DNA from: Fidelibacterota bacterium
GTDB lineage: Bacteria; Fidelibacterota; Marinisomatia; Marinisomatales; JAADGP01
Direction of reading: 5' to 3'
NCBI GenBank assembly: GCA_027021785.1
Contig: JALUTR010000145.1
Coordinates: forward strand, 1 to 48,493
DNA length: 48,493 nucleotides
Under the pieces are notes generated by a model. It was not told where the DNA came from. It ran no database searches and saw nothing but the letters and a program-made list of their open reading frames with translations. The position numbers and the translations under genes are program-made. This document shows, piece after piece, positions 22,433-33,209 of the stretch. How positions within the stretch are numbered: position 1 is the stretch's first letter; the number at the start of each line of letters is the position of its first letter.

Positions 22433-23559
22433 GGCCGGGTCGCGTTTTTATGGGCCCGGAACGCCAGACGCCTGCGCTCTTCGGAATACCGGGCCGTCAT
22501 TCCCAGCTCGTCAATCAGCGAATAAATAGGACGGTATAGGCGATAATTCTTTGCCTCTCCCAGCAAAGGGAGAAGTTTGTCTATCACCGCGGGATCGTTA
22601 AATTGTCCCAATTTACGAATGGCTTTTTTCCGGAGGGAAAGTGGGTAGTCGTTATTCAGGGCGATCTCCGAAAGAGTTAACTTGACCTCGGGATCATCGA
22701 AATCTCCCAGGGCATCCATCAGGGTATTCAATAAGCTGAAATATTGTTTTTTGCCGGTATTATAGGTGTCCAGTAGCGTCAGGATTAATTTTTCTTCCTT
22801 CACCCCGGCAAGGGTGTTGAGAGCGAAATCGCGGACTTCGAGATTTGTGGTCGGATCTCCCAGCAGTTCCGTGAAAGCGCTGACAACTTCGGTGGAATTT
22901 TTCTTGCCGAGAATCTCAACCGCGCGGTTGCGAACGCCGATACTGACATCGGGATCTTTGGCAATGTTCAGTAAAACCGGGATTACTTCCTCATTCCCCA
23001 AAGCGCCCAGGGTTTCGGTGAGTAATTTTTCGGTGCGGGAGAGGTTTGCCCTGGCCACTTCGTATAAATCCAACAGGGCAAGCAGTTGGTCCTTGGTACG
23101 AACTTTATTAAGGTATTTTACCAGGGTTAAATGAAGTTGGTTGGACTTTTTCTCCACGTTGTGCATGGCCTGCACCATTGCTTCCGGCGCTTTTGGGTTT
23201 TCACGGAATTCGGCCAATAATTCGATTGAGGCTTCCATAAAAGTAATGTCCATCGCGTCGGCGTTTGATACAACCTTGGCAATGGCATTCAGGGCCGTGG
23301 GATGCTGGGTTTCCGCCAGGGCTTTACCCGCAGCGATACGGACATCGAAAGGTTGGTTGGAATCATTGTAGATACTGATTAATTCTTCCAACGCCTGAAC
23401 GCGACCGTCCTGATAGGCCATGCGCAGTTTCTCAATATCGCTGTGCATGAGTTCACCATAACCCTTTTTCCCTCTTCCAAACAGGGTCAGTTGTTTGACC
23501 TTGGAACAGGCCGAAAAAAGCAGCAATCCCGATAGAAAAATGGTTAGAAGTTTATTCAT
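22429..23559 (-). CDS. HEAT-repeat lipoprotein
   Basis: MNKLL...LFSAC lipobox; repeats VRIAAGKALA, VRNRAVEILG, VRDFALNTL, LRKKAIRKLG. Confidence 0.82.
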   Translation of the reverse strand: MNKLLTIFLSGLLLFSACSKVKQLTLFGRGKKGYGELMHSDIEKLRMAYQDGRVQALEELISIYNDSNQPFDVRIAAGKALAETQHPTALNAIAKVVSNADAMDITFMEASIELLAEFRENPKAPEAMVQAMHNVEKKSNQLHLTLVKYLNKVRTKDQLLALLDLYEVARANLSRTEKLLTETLGALGNEEVIPVLLNIAKDPDVSIGVRNRAVEILGKKNSTEVVSAFTELLGDPTTNLEVRDFALNTLAGVKEEKLILTLLDTYNTGKKQYFSLLNTLMDALGDFDDPEVKLTLSEIALNNDYPLSLRKKAIRKLGQFNDPAVIDKLLPLLGEAKNYRLYRPIYSLIDELGMTARYSEERRRLAFRAHKNATRP

Positions 23560-24292
23560 CGGTTTCCCATTGCCGGAGCACGAAATCTTGCCCGTCAAAA
23601 TAACCATAAGAATTGTTATGAATCCAGTCGCCCAGAATTACCAATCGTCCACCCCCCACGGCTAAATCAACAGCCTGGTGATAATGCCCGGTAATTACGT
23701 AATCGTATCCGTTCATCATATGACTTAAAGCGTAGGTTTTTAATTCCCCCTGTACCCGCAGATTATAGGCTTCGGGATGCGTATTCTGGTGCCCGCGATT
23801 GGCGATCCATTGGGCGAAGTTATACCCAATCGTCGGATGTAACCAACGGTAGAACCATATAAAGACCGGGTTTCGAATGATTGCTTTCAATAGGCGATAA
23901 CCTTTATCCCAGGAAATAATACCGTCACCGTGGGTTACGTAGAATTTCTTGCCGGCTAATTCGAACGAGGTGTCGTTAAAATATGTCTTTGTGGTCAGCG
24001 TGTCGGTAACGAAATCCAACACCCAGTAATCGTGGTTTCCCAACACGTAATGGATTTCAATCCCCTGTTGCTTTAGTTGGTGAAGTTTGCTGAAAAATTC
24101 AAAATACATCTTGGGAATCAGGTGGGGATACTCGAAATAGAAGTTGAATAAATCCCCCACGATAAACAACGACCCCCCGGTTTGGACAATCTGTTGGAAA
24201 AACCGGAACAACCTTTGCTGTCGTTCAATCCCTTGCCGGGTTGGTGACAGCATTAAATGAATGTCGGAAATAAAATAAACGGGTAAACGCAT
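23552..24292 (-). CDS. lpxH: UDP-2,3-diacylglucosamine hydrolase (LpxH-like metallophosphoesterase)
   Basis: ISDIHL, VGDLF, GNHD, THGDG, GHYH, LGDW. Confidence 0.82.
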   Translation of the reverse strand: MRLPVYFISDIHLMLSPTRQGIERQQRLFRFFQQIVQTGGSLFIVGDLFNFYFEYPHLIPKMYFEFFSKLHQLKQQGIEIHYVLGNHDYWVLDFVTDTLTTKTYFNDTSFELAGKKFYVTHGDGIISWDKGYRLLKAIIRNPVFIWFYRWLHPTIGYNFAQWIANRGHQNTHPEAYNLRVQGELKTYALSHMMNGYDYVITGHYHQAVDLAVGGGRLVILGDWIHNNSYGYFDGQDFVLRQWETDE

Positions 24293-24487
24293 GAACGGGC
24301 GAACTTAGCGTTTCGAACCGGTTCAGGCAAATAAATTGTCAGGCGGATTGGCGCTGTCAATGGGGACTGTTTCGGATCCCTTTACCCGACGAAAATCCGG
24401 GGGGAAGGAAACCGTTTCGAGGAAGCTGGGGTTTTTGCCGATGTCCGTCCCGCTTATATGGCGGGATTGATGAAACGGGATAAGTGA

Positions 24488-24952
24488 TTAATCCTGGGAG
24501 TAGACGATTTTGTTATTAGTAAAAAAAAGCTCATTTACGATTACCGTCCGAGTGGAAATATCGGGTATGTCGTTTTGGATGGAACGGATTATTTGGTTCA
24601 GTTCCTGAATGGATCTGGTATATATTCTGACCGTAATATATTTTTCACCAACCGTTGTATTCGCCGACCGGACACCATTGATCGTGGAGATATAATCCAG
24701 GGCCCGTTTTTCCACTTCAGGGGTGAAAGACCGTTTAAATATGATATCGACATAGGCAATGATTCCTCTACCGAGGCGTTCATGATCCAGGTCGGCACAA
24801 AATCTGCGAATAAATCCATTGTCGATCATTTTTTTCACGCGTCGACTGACGGCCTGCCTGGTTAGTCCAACCTTTTTCCCAAGATTTTGAAATGGAATCC
24901 GGCCATCTTCCTGCAGGATATCCAATATTCTGTAATCAATGTCATCCAACAT
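24488..24952 (-). CDS. Lrp/AsnC transcriptional regulator
   Basis: LDDIDYRILDILQEDGR...VGLT...RRVKKM...GFI HTH plus RAM-sized C-terminal domain. Confidence 0.93.
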   Translation of the reverse strand: MLDDIDYRILDILQEDGRIPFQNLGKKVGLTRQAVSRRVKKMIDNGFIRRFCADLDHERLGRGIIAYVDIIFKRSFTPEVEKRALDYISTINGVRSANTTVGEKYITVRIYTRSIQELNQIIRSIQNDIPDISTRTVIVNELFFTNNKIVYSQD

Positions 24953-25036
24953 GATGAATGTCCGGGTTGTTAATAATTCTGACCATATTTGAAATTTTTT
25001 TCATGCTCAACAAACACACAAATATAATGAGCAGTA

Positions 25037-25156
25037 TTGCATAATGCAATTAATACTGATATATGATTGCTATATGCAACCAATCATGTATAAATAGTTG
25101 CAAATTTGAGAAATATATTTTAAAATGATTGCGTATAGACTACTGCTTGATACAAT
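25037..25156. promoter_or_regulatory. Phased TTGC-N5-GCAA operators and candidate sigma70 promoter
   Basis: ttgcataatgcaa 25037, ttgctatatgcaa 25067, half-sites ttgc 25098 and 25129; ttgcgt-16nt-tacaat 25129-25156. Confidence 0.55.
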
Positions 25157-25203
25157 TACATCCCTTCGGCCCGTAAGGATATACTTAAAAAGAAAGATCA
25201 GGT

Positions 25204-26799
25204 ATGCCCGCATTCAACATAAATCTTATCGATTTATCTATTGTAGGTGTCTATGTCATATTCATTGTCGCACTCGGTTTGCACTTCGCAAAAAAGCACG
25301 AAAGTGCGGAGGAATATTTCCTGGGCGGCCGCAGGTTTACCTGGCCTATCATTGGTTTATCGCTTTATGCTTCCAATATGTCAAGCAGCAGCCTGGTGGG
25401 ATTGGCCGGCAGCGCCTATGGAACGGGCATATCGGTGTACAACTACGAGTGGATGGCTGCCATTATACTGATTTTTTTTGCTATCTTTTTTCTACCGTAT
25501 TTTCTACGATCACAGGTGTACACCATGCCCGAATTCCTGGAGAAACGCTACGACAGCAGGGCCCGTTATTATTTCTCAGCGCTGAATATTTTTATGACGA
25601 TTGTGATTGATACCGCCGGAACATTGTATGCCGGGGCGTTGATTATTAACCTTATTTTTCCCGCCATCCCCCTATGGCAAACGATGCTGGCCCTGGCATT
25701 GGTCGCGGGAGCCTACACCATTGCCGGAGGGTTATCCGCGGTGGTTTATACCGATGCGATACAGGCCGTACTTCTCACCGCGGGCGCTGTCATAATCGCG
25801 ATAGTGGCATTTGTTAAGGTTGGCTCCTGGAGTGCCGTGACCGCGGTAACGCCCCCGGAAATGCTTAGTGTGTTTATGCCTTTGGATGATTCCTTCCTCC
25901 CCTGGCTTGGGATCTTAACCGGTGTCCCCATACTGGGGTTTTATTTTTGGTGCACGAATCAGTTCATGGTCCAGCGTGTACTTGGGGCGAAGAGCATTGA
26001 GCACGGACGCTGGGGGGCGTTGTTTGCCGGGTTGCTTAAACTGCCGGTGATTTTCATCATGGTTTTGCCCGGAACCATGGCCAGGGTTTTGTACCCTGAT
26101 TTGCCACGTGCCGATTTGGCGTTCCCCAGCCTGATGTTCGGTCTCCTGCCGGTGGGTGTCCGGGGATTTATAATGGCGGGCCTTTTGGCGGCCATCATGT
26201 CCAGTATTGACTCCACTCTGAATTCCGCTTCCACGTTGCTTACCATGGATTTCTTTAAGAAACTCCGTCCGAAAACGAGCAGCGAGGGATTAATGTGGGC
26301 CGGGCGTATTTTTACCTTTGTGTTTATGGCGTTGGCGGCAGCCTGGGCGCCGCAAATCCTCAAATTCCCCTCCCTGTTTCAATATCTGCAGACGGTTCTG
26401 GCATATGCCAGCCCACCCATCGTGGCACTGTTTCTGGTGGGATTGTTCTGGAAACGGGCGAATGCCCAGGGCGCTTTCGCGGGAATTGTCGTCGGGTTCA
26501 TTTTTGGCCTTGGCCAATTTATCATCCGGATAATCGCTCCGGATACCACATGGTTGCCGGATATTCATTTCCTTTATATGGCCCTTATTCTGCTTATATT
26601 AACAACCCTGACAATTATAACGGCAAGTTTGCTGACATCGGCGCCGGATAATGAAAAAGTTAAAGCCTATATCTGGAAACGGTCAGACTATGACGCGGAA
26701 ACCAAAGAATTGGCCTTGTTGCCCTGGTATAAAAATTTTCGTGTTCAAGCCGCTATATTATTTGTTCTAACCGTTCTGTTTGTCGGAATGTTTGCCTAA
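25204..26799 (+). CDS. Na+/sugar symporter (SSS, SGLT-like)
   Basis: YFLGGR, SLYASN, TMPEFLEKRY, WCTNQFMVQRVL, many TMs. Confidence 0.93.
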   Translation: MPAFNINLIDLSIVGVYVIFIVALGLHFAKKHESAEEYFLGGRRFTWPIIGLSLYASNMSSSSLVGLAGSAYGTGISVYNYEWMAAIILIFFAIFFLPYFLRSQVYTMPEFLEKRYDSRARYYFSALNIFMTIVIDTAGTLYAGALIINLIFPAIPLWQTMLALALVAGAYTIAGGLSAVVYTDAIQAVLLTAGAVIIAIVAFVKVGSWSAVTAVTPPEMLSVFMPLDDSFLPWLGILTGVPILGFYFWCTNQFMVQRVLGAKSIEHGRWGALFAGLLKLPVIFIMVLPGTMARVLYPDLPRADLAFPSLMFGLLPVGVRGFIMAGLLAAIMSSIDSTLNSASTLLTMDFFKKLRPKTSSEGLMWAGRIFTFVFMALAAAWAPQILKFPSLFQYLQTVLAYASPPIVALFLVGLFWKRANAQGAFAGIVVGFIFGLGQFIIRIIAPDTTWLPDIHFLYMALILLILTTLTIITASLLTSAPDNEKVKAYIWKRSDYDAETKELALLPWYKNFRVQAAILFVLTVLFVGMFA

Positions 26800-26939
26800 C
26801 CAAAGTCCTGCCGGTTATGTATCTTCGGATTGATCTTTCTGAACTGAAAACATTCGCTCAATTATTATTTGCGCGATTTATTATCCCAAGTGTTATTATT
26901 ATGCGTCTGCCGGCGCGCTGAAAGAGAAAGGTGATGAAA

Positions 26940-27830
26940 ATGAAAAAAATATTATTCGTTGTGGCCATTCTCCTGGTTTTAACCGGTGGTTGCGAAAACA
27001 CAAATCGGAGTTCGCTTGGAAAGTTGACTCCTCCTGACGGGAATAATGTATTGGTTGTTGCTCATCGTGGTTATTGGAGAACCGCTCCCGAAAATTCATT
27101 GCAGGCAATTGAAAACAGCATTGAAATAGGTGCCGATATAGTCGAAATTGATGTCCGGAAGACAAAAGATAATCAATTTGTATTAATGCACGACGAAACG
27201 GTTGATAGAACCACGAATGGGAGCGGAAAGGTTGAAGATTATACATTGGATTCATTAAAACAATTGTATCTGAAAGATGTTACCGGGGCGCTGACCCAAC
27301 AGAAAATCCCAACCTTGAAAGAGGTTATGCTTTTAGCGAAAGGTAGAATACTGGTAAACCTGGATAAAAGTGAAAATTATATTTCCGAAGTGTATGAATT
27401 GTTACGGGAAACCGGGACCGTGCAACAGGCAATCTTTAAAGGATCAAAACCGATTTCGATCGTACGGCAAAAATACGGATCGGTTTTGGACAGTATCGTT
27501 TATATGCCCATTGTAAACCGGGAAACGAGCCCGACGGCGGATTATATAAACGAATTTGAAAAAGGTATTAATCCGATGGCTTATGAAGTAATATATGAGA
27601 CAGAGGATTCACCGATAATAGAATATATTGAAACCATTAAGGAAAACAAGGACCATGTTTGGGTAAATACTTTATGGGCTTCACTATGTGCCGGACGCGA
27701 TGATGACAAAGCAGTCGACAATCCTGACGAAGCGTGGGGCTGGGTAATACAAAACGGAGCCACCATTCTCCAGACTGATCGGCCGAAACTGATGTTGTCG
27801 TATTTAAGAAAAAAAGGATTGCATAAATGA
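26940..27830 (+). CDS. Glycerophosphodiester phosphodiesterase family lipoprotein
   Basis: LTGGC lipobox; AHRG, PENS, VEIDV, MHDETVDRTTNG, QTDRP. Confidence 0.9.
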   Translation: MKKILFVVAILLVLTGGCENTNRSSLGKLTPPDGNNVLVVAHRGYWRTAPENSLQAIENSIEIGADIVEIDVRKTKDNQFVLMHDETVDRTTNGSGKVEDYTLDSLKQLYLKDVTGALTQQKIPTLKEVMLLAKGRILVNLDKSENYISEVYELLRETGTVQQAIFKGSKPISIVRQKYGSVLDSIVYMPIVNRETSPTADYINEFEKGINPMAYEVIYETEDSPIIEYIETIKENKDHVWVNTLWASLCAGRDDDKAVDNPDEAWGWVIQNGATILQTDRPKLMLSYLRKKGLHK

Positions 27831-27922
27831 AAGCGGGACGGCATCCGATAATCATTACCCGCGAGTCGGACCTTGGTTTTGGAAACGAAGTGATAAATAA
27901 TTATGAACAATAGGAGATTTTC

Positions 27923-29773
27923 ATGTTGGATGTCATCATAGTATTCGCATTTATAATCTACAGCATCGGTTCCGGTTTCAGGGCCAAATCCAAGGCTTCC
28001 GAAAACCTGGAGGAGTATTTTTTGGCCGGCCGTACCGTCAGCGGCTGGAAAGCAGGTTTCAGTATGGCTGCCACGCAATATGCCGCGGATACTCCCCTGT
28101 TGGTCACGGGATTGATTGCCACCGGGGGTATTTTCATGCTCTGGCGGCTCTGGATTTACGGCCTGGCGTTTTTAATGATGGGGTTCATCCTGGGCCGGGC
28201 CTGGCGCCGCGCGATGGTGTTAACCGATGCCGAATTAACCGAAATCCGTTATAGTGGTGAAGGTGTGTTGGCCCTGAGAAGCTTAAAGGCTATTTATTAC
28301 GGCACGGTGATAAACTGCACCGTGATGGCTATGGTGCTGGTGGCCGCCACCCGGATATCGGAGACGTTCCTCTACTGGCATTTGTGGCTGCCGCAAGGGC
28401 TTTACAGCACCATTCTGGGTTGGATTCAGGCGATGGGAATTAATCTTTCGTCCGGGGCAACCCATTTGGATCCGATGGTGGCTACCACGAATAACGTTAT
28501 CAGTATTTTAGTGATTGTGGCTTTCACGGCCCTTTATTCCACAACCGGTGGGTTGCGCAGTGTTATTGCCACGGACGTCGTTCAGTTCTCGATAGCAATG
28601 GTTGCGACGTTGATTTACGCTGTTGTCGCCGTGTCCCGGGCCGGCGGACTCGATACCATGATTGATAAAATGGTATCCCTGTATGGCGCGGCCCGGACAA
28701 GTGAAATTCTTTCCTTCAGTCCCGATGGCTGGGATATGTTGTGGCCTTTTCTGATTCTCATCGGATTGCAGTGGTTCTTCCAGATGAACAGTGATGGTAC
28801 CGGTTACCTGGCACAACGGACCATGGCCTGCCGGACGGATCGGGGCGCACGCTCGGCGGGGTTCATTTTCACGGTGGCACAGGTCCTTATTCGCAGTCTG
28901 TTCTGGTTACCTATCGGAATAGCGCTGTTGGTGATTTATCCCTACGAAGCAAGTGCCGTTGGCAAGGAAACGTTTGTCTCCAGTCGTGAAATATTGTTTG
29001 CTACCGGAATAAAGGAATTATTACCGGTCGGAATAAAAGGGCTCATGCTCACCGGTTTGCTTGCCGCTTTGGCGTCGACGATCGACACGCATCTTACCTG
29101 GGGCGCCAGTTACTGGAGTAACGATATTTATTTACGCCTGATAAACAAAACATGGTTAAAGCGTAAACCCTCATCAAAAGAACTGGTAATCGTTGCCCGC
29201 CTCTCGAACATTCTGATCCTGGCAATCGCCCTCACGATCATGGCCAACCTCGGTTCCATTCAGACGGCATGGTACATTACCCTGCTGTTTGGCGCCGGCA
29301 CAGGTTCGGTATTGATTCTCAGGTGGTTCTGGGAAAGGATCAACCTCTATTCCGAACTGGCTGCCATGGCCGCTTCACTGATTATCGCCCCCATCATCCT
29401 GTTTACGGTTGACGCGGAATGGCTCAAATTATTGTTGATGTCGGCCTCCTCCACCGTGATCGTGCTGATCGTAACCTGGTTAACGCCGGATACCGACAAG
29501 GATGTTTTGGATCGTTTCTACCAACGGGTCGAGCCTCCCGGTCTTTGGCGAAAAACCGCTGCCAGGTTAGAACTGGATGTCCAAAACCCAGGGCGGGAAT
29601 TTCGCCAGGGCGCTTATCTGGTACTGACTACCGCCGCGACCGTATACTTGCTGTTGGTGGGAATCGGCAAATTGATGCTCCCGGATCCCCTGGGCTCGTC
29701 CCTGTGGGCCTGGATTTACGTACTCCTGGGAATCGCCAGTGTCCCCCTGTGGTGGAAAAAGGTGTTCGCGTAA
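27923..29773 (+). CDS. Na+/solute symporter (SSS, DTPL-type subfamily)
   Basis: YFLAGR, AADTPL, GGLRSVIATD, STIDTHLTWGASY, RWFWERIN. Confidence 0.9.
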   Translation: MLDVIIVFAFIIYSIGSGFRAKSKASENLEEYFLAGRTVSGWKAGFSMAATQYAADTPLLVTGLIATGGIFMLWRLWIYGLAFLMMGFILGRAWRRAMVLTDAELTEIRYSGEGVLALRSLKAIYYGTVINCTVMAMVLVAATRISETFLYWHLWLPQGLYSTILGWIQAMGINLSSGATHLDPMVATTNNVISILVIVAFTALYSTTGGLRSVIATDVVQFSIAMVATLIYAVVAVSRAGGLDTMIDKMVSLYGAARTSEILSFSPDGWDMLWPFLILIGLQWFFQMNSDGTGYLAQRTMACRTDRGARSAGFIFTVAQVLIRSLFWLPIGIALLVIYPYEASAVGKETFVSSREILFATGIKELLPVGIKGLMLTGLLAALASTIDTHLTWGASYWSNDIYLRLINKTWLKRKPSSKELVIVARLSNILILAIALTIMANLGSIQTAWYITLLFGAGTGSVLILRWFWERINLYSELAAMAASLIIAPIILFTVDAEWLKLLLMSASSTVIVLIVTWLTPDTDKDVLDRFYQRVEPPGLWRKTAARLELDVQNPGREFRQGAYLVLTTAATVYLLLVGIGKLMLPDPLGSSLWAWIYVLLGIASVPLWWKKVFA

Positions 29774-29831
29774 AATAAGCGCGAGCGTAAAAACTGTTCA
29801 TTAATTTTATTTCGAAATTCAGGAAATCCTT

Positions 29832-32800
29832 ATGTCAAAACTATCATTCACGGCCGTTATTTTTGATCTGGACGGTGTCATTACCCAAACCGCGCTGGTT
29901 CACAGCCGGGCCTGGAAGGAAATGTTCGATGAATATCTGCGCTTCCGCGAAAAACAATATGGCGAACCGTTCCGGGAATTCACCCATGATCGTGACTACC
30001 TTCCGTACGTTGATGGAAAACCAAGATACGAAGGGGTGCAATCGTTCCTGAAAGCAAGGGGCATCGATATTCCCCGGGGAGATCCCCAGGATCCTCCGGA
30101 TGAGGAAACCGTCTGTGGTCTGGGAAACCGGAAAAATCAAAAATTCAATGAAGTCCTGGAACGGGATGGAGTCGCGGTATACAAGAGCACGGTTTCGTTG
30201 GTCAAACAGTTGAAGGATGAAGGGATTCGTGTCGGTGTGGCTTCTTCCAGCAAGAATTGCAAGACGATCCTGGAAACGGCCGGGATAGAGGACCTTTTTG
30301 AAGTGCGCATCGACGGCGTTTCATCGGTCGAACTCAATCTGAAAGGGAAACCGGAACCGGATATTTTCACTACCGCCTGCGATTATCTGGGCGCTGCATA
30401 CGATCGGTCGGTTGTGGTGGAGGATGCCGTGGCCGGTGTTCAGGCCGGCGCCAACGGCAACTTCGGTTTGGTTGTGGGGGTCGCGCGCGAAAACAATGAA
30501 CGGGAATTGAAATTGAACGGCGCCGATATTGTGGTGCGGGACCTGGAGGAAATCGGTATCGAAAAAATCGAGGAATGGTTTCGCAAGGGGTTGGAAGAGG
30601 ATCAATGGAGTCTTAATTATTATGACTACGTTCCCGAGCGGGAACGAACCCGGGAAGCATTGTGCACTGTCGGCAACGGGTATTTCGGTACGCGGGGAGC
30701 GGCGGAAGAATCCGGGGCCGATACGATTCATTATCCCGGCACCTATCTCGCGGGAGTCTACAACCGGTTGCAGTCCGAAATCCACGGCAAAAACATCGTT
30801 AACGAAGATCTGGTCAACTGTCCCAACTGGTTGCCGATCCGGTGGCGAATCGGGGCCGGCCCCTGGACGGAACCGAATAACGTGGAAATAATCGATTTCC
30901 ATCACCGGCTTGATCTGAAAGGCGGAATTCTGCACCGTAACATGGTCGTACGCGATGAAAAAGGACGGGAAACACGGGTGGAATCGGAACGCCTGGCCAG
31001 CATGGCCGATCCGCATTGCGCCGCCCTCCGATACCGTTTGACCCCCCTCAATTACAACGCCACGATCACGGTCCGTTCGGGCCTTGTGTACGACGTTACC
31101 AATACGGGCGTTGAACGATACCGGGACCTGGCAAACCGGCATCTCGAACTTATCGCAAAAGGCGGTGACGGAAATTCCGTCTACGTTCTCATGGAAACGA
31201 ATCAATCCGGGATACGGATTGCCGAGGCCGCGAAAACTTTGGCTTTCGTCGCGAATCAGGAAGAGAATGCGGACGGTATTTTAACGGAAGTTGAAGGTGG
31301 AATATTTACCGGCATTACCACGCCTCTGACCACCGGACAAACGCTGACGATAGAAAAACTGGTATCCATTTATTCCTCGCAGGACACGGATGAGAAGGAT
31401 CCCCTGACGGCGGCGCGGAACTGTGTCGAAACATTAAGAAGATACCGTGGAGTTAAACAAGACAGCGAAAAGGCCTGGGAATCCATCTGGCGGGAAACCG
31501 ATATACGGATCACGGGTGACCGGTTTGCGCAAAAACTGATCAGGTTGAATCAGTACCACCTTCTGATCACAAGATCAATTCACAACGTTGGGATTGACTG
31601 GGGCATACCGGCCCGCGGTCTTCATGGCGAGGCCTATCGGGGTCATATTTTCTGGGACGAATTGTTTTGTCTCCCTTTCTATTGTCTGCATCTCCCGGAA
31701 ACGGCGAAATCAACGCTGCTTTATCGCTACCGGCGCCTTGACAAAGCCCGGGAGGCTGCCGGGGATAGCGGATACCGCGGCGCCATGTTTCCCTGGCAAA
31801 GCGGCAGCGACGGGAGCGAAACAACCCAAAAGTTCCATCTGAATCCGCTGTCAGGCGAATGGGGGGAAGACCACAGTTATTTGCAACGGCATGTATCGAT
31901 CGCGGTTGCCTGGAATGTCTGGAATTATTATCAAATGACGGCGGACAGGGAATTCCTGGCCCGGTACGGGGCCGAAGTGTTCTTTGAGGTCGCCCGGTTC
32001 CTGGCCAGCCTGACAACATTCAATCCGCGAACGGAACGGTATGATATTGAAAAGGTCATGGGACCCGACGAGTTTCACGAAGGGTATCCGGATGCCCGGG
32101 AGGCGGGGCTGAGAAATAACGGTTACACCAACCTCATGGCGGCCTGGGTGTTCGACAAGGCGCAGGAACTTCTTGGTCTGCTTTCTCCCGGCGCCCGACA
32201 ATCGGTCATGGAAAAGATCGGTCTCACGAGCGAAGAAATGTCACGCTGGAAAGACATCGGCAACAAATTGACGATCGGGATTTCCGCTCAGGGCGTCATT
32301 GAACAATTTGACGGGTTTTTCGCGCTGAAGGAATTGGATTGGGACGACTATCGGGAGCGCTATGGAAATCTTTCCCGGCTGGACCGGATCCTGAAAGCCG
32401 AAGGCGATTCTCCGGACCGGTACAAGGTCCTCAAACAGGCCGACACGCTGATGCTGTTTTATCTCCTGGATCCGGAGGAAGTGCGATCCATCCTCATGGA
32501 ACTTGGCTATTCCGCGGACGATCAAATCCTGAAGAAGAATTTCGATTATTATTTTCAACGAACCTCCCACGGCTCAACGCTTAGCTTCATCGTGCACGCG
32601 GCGTTGGCGAATGAAACCGAATATACCCGCCGGGCATGGGAAATGTTTCAGCAATCCCTGTGCAGTGATTATCGCGATATTCAGGGGGGAACCACGGGAG
32701 AGGGCATCCATACCGGTGTGATGGGAGGGGCGATCATGCACGTGTTGAACGCCTATGCCGGCCTGGATTTTTCCGGGGAAAGGCTGCAAATCAATCCCGC

Positions 32801-33005
32801 TTTACCACGGACGTGGCGGGAGATACGGTTTAACGTTATTTTCCGTAAGGTCGGCTATCGATTACGGATTACTTCCAATAGAATCGAAATTACCGCCGGG
32901 GAACGCAATGCCGATCCGGTCGATATTGAAGTCCTTGGTAAAAGGTATTCCCTTCAAACTGGTGTTTCTTTGGAAATAGAATTAACCAGTAAAAATGGAT
33001 CGTAA
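29832..33005 (+). CDS. Beta-phosphoglucomutase-like HAD domain fused to a GH65 glycoside phosphorylase
   Basis: FDLDGV, GKPEPD, VEDA; GNGYFGTRG, YRGHIFWDE, GPDEFHE, KQAD, HGSTLS. Confidence 0.93.
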   Translation: MSKLSFTAVIFDLDGVITQTALVHSRAWKEMFDEYLRFREKQYGEPFREFTHDRDYLPYVDGKPRYEGVQSFLKARGIDIPRGDPQDPPDEETVCGLGNRKNQKFNEVLERDGVAVYKSTVSLVKQLKDEGIRVGVASSSKNCKTILETAGIEDLFEVRIDGVSSVELNLKGKPEPDIFTTACDYLGAAYDRSVVVEDAVAGVQAGANGNFGLVVGVARENNERELKLNGADIVVRDLEEIGIEKIEEWFRKGLEEDQWSLNYYDYVPERERTREALCTVGNGYFGTRGAAEESGADTIHYPGTYLAGVYNRLQSEIHGKNIVNEDLVNCPNWLPIRWRIGAGPWTEPNNVEIIDFHHRLDLKGGILHRNMVVRDEKGRETRVESERLASMADPHCAALRYRLTPLNYNATITVRSGLVYDVTNTGVERYRDLANRHLELIAKGGDGNSVYVLMETNQSGIRIAEAAKTLAFVANQEENADGILTEVEGGIFTGITTPLTTGQTLTIEKLVSIYSSQDTDEKDPLTAARNCVETLRRYRGVKQDSEKAWESIWRETDIRITGDRFAQKLIRLNQYHLLITRSIHNVGIDWGIPARGLHGEAYRGHIFWDELFCLPFYCLHLPETAKSTLLYRYRRLDKAREAAGDSGYRGAMFPWQSGSDGSETTQKFHLNPLSGEWGEDHSYLQRHVSIAVAWNVWNYYQMTADREFLARYGAEVFFEVARFLASLTTFNPRTERYDIEKVMGPDEFHEGYPDAREAGLRNNGYTNLMAAWVFDKAQELLGLLSPGARQSVMEKIGLTSEEMSRWKDIGNKLTIGISAQGVIEQFDGFFALKELDWDDYRERYGNLSRLDRILKAEGDSPDRYKVLKQADTLMLFYLLDPEEVRSILMELGYSADDQILKKNFDYYFQRTSHGSTLSFIVHAALANETEYTRRAWEMFQQSLCSDYRDIQGGTTGEGIHTGVMGGAIMHVLNAYAGLDFSGERLQINPALPRTWREIRFNVIFRKVGYRLRITSNRIEITAGERNADPVDIEVLGKRYSLQTGVSLEIELTSKNGS

Positions 33006-33209
33006 ACATATCGAAATTGAAAAAGACTTAGAACTAGGCAAAGGCTGAGGAGAAATTCCAGTTGCATTACTCCGGCATATCTTAATCGTTTTAAATAATG
33101 GAATTTCCAATTTTTAATACCCTCGCCTGCAACTTAGCCTTAATGAATACTAAAAATGGAAAATGCGATAATTTGGGAATAGACATAACATGAAAGCAGG
33201 AGCAAAAAC

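Noticed and set aside
25125-25610. 161-aa alternative-frame ORF
   Set aside because: Overlaps the symporter out of frame; no recognisable features.
30321-31205. 294-aa minus-strand ORF
   Set aside because: Antisense shadow of the betaPGM-GH65 gene.
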